Below are positions 63,399 through 64,000 of a DNA stretch of 64,000 nucleotides, piece after piece. Every line of letters begins with the position of its first letter. The first letter of the stretch is position 1. The notes below the pieces were generated by a model. That model ran no database searches. It had not been told where the DNA came from and was given only the letters and a program-made list of their open reading frames with translations. The stretch is from the NCBI GenBank assembly GCA_963720755.1, contig CAVRGP010000001.1, forward strand, positions 71,968 to 135,967, in the 5' to 3' direction. Both the position numbers and the translations under genes were made by a program. Origin of the DNA: an uncultured Chloroflexia bacterium. Its GTDB lineage: Bacteria > Chloroflexota > Limnocylindria > Limnocylindrales > CSP1-4.

Positions 63399-64000
63399 AT
63401 GACCCAGAACGATGGGACCGGGCAAGGCGGAGCATTCTCGGGTCGAGTCCTCGTCCTGTTTGCAACGCAGGTCGTCACGGCGGGGATGGGTATCTTCAAC
63501 GGGTTCCTCCTGGCCCGCGTCCTGGGTCCCAGCGCAAAGGGCGACTACTACCTCCTGACCCTCCTCCCAGTGACGATCATGGTGCTCATCCAGTTCGGGT
63601 TGCCACAATCCTTCAAACTCTTCTCGGCCAGGGGCAAGACGGGGCGGATCTCGTCGAAGACGGTCTACCTCACGGTCATCCTCGCAGTCCCCGCGCTCCT
63701 GGTCACGATCGCGATCCTGCCGGCCTTGCAGGCCACGGTCATGCAGGGTCCCGACGCGGGCATGATCATCTTCGCCCTGCTGGCGCTCCCGTTGCTCCTG
63801 AACGCCACGTTCACCACTGGCGTCGTCATCGGTCGCGAGGTCGTGCGCTGGGCTTCTGCCGTCTACATCTTCGTCGCGTTCAGCACGACGCTCCTCCTCA
63901 TCGTGCTCGTCGTCGTCCTCGGCCAGGGCCTCGTCGGCGCGCTGCTCGCGTTCTTCTTCACGGCACTGATCCAGGCGACCGGGTTCCTGATCGCTTCCGT
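63399..64000 (+). CDS. Wzx-like oligosaccharide flippase (partial, runs off the window)
   Basis: My translation from ATG 63399 gives ...FLLARVLGPSAKGDY...FGLPQS and further hydrophobic helices with no stop before the window end. Confidence 0.82.
   Translation, partial: MTQNDGTGQGGAFSGRVLVLFATQVVTAGMGIFNGFLLARVLGPSAKGDYYLLTLLPVTIMVLIQFGLPQSFKLFSARGKTGRISSKTVYLTVILAVPALLVTIAILPALQATVMQGPDAGMIIFALLALPLLLNATFTTGVVIGREVVRWASAVYIFVAFSTTLLLIVLVVVLGQGLVGALLAFFFTALIQATGFLIAS

Overview
High-GC bacterial chromosomal segment with about 60 protein-coding genes. I found no rRNA, tRNA, CRISPR array or mobile element. Gene style (DUF5666 proteins, signal-less ApbE, many leaderless starts) suggests a monoderm such as Chloroflexota or Actinomycetota; this is inference only. 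From left to right: (1) flavinylation cluster A with ApbE, a fused ferric-reductase/FNR protein and an FMN-binding protein; (2) a cfa/ufa-like lipid modification cluster; (3) an aminotransferase, MarR and a heterodimeric ABC exporter; (4) flavinylation cluster B with FNR, ferredoxin, a two-component system, two small exported proteins, ApbE and a TM-only ferric reductase, followed by an ECF sigma/anti-sigma pair; (5) pgm and DUF1684; (6) a minus-strand run ndh-GMC-SDR-glgX-GH63-cydABDC; (7) a non-pyrrolysine MttB; (8) a MacAB-like ABC system with DUF5666 proteins, a second two-component system and a PDZ-less HtrA; (9) ArsR-SRPBCC, a PRTase, a beta-propeller plus ubiquitin-like pair, a degenerate lysine 5,6-aminomutase alpha-like protein, a MoaD-MoaE fusion, an O-methyltransferase and a membrane protein; (10) a surface polysaccharide locus running off the end. 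Three genes (cydC, htrA, PRTase) carry single frameshifts that may be assembly errors. Best leads: cluster B has no canonical [S/T]GA[S/T] flavinylation substrate; a TCTCA(G/T)-N5 direct-repeat box precedes both flavinylation clusters and the MacAB/DUF5666/HtrA module; and an apparently inactive KamD-like protein is coupled to molybdopterin synthase. All calls come from motif recognition by eye, and no searches were run.
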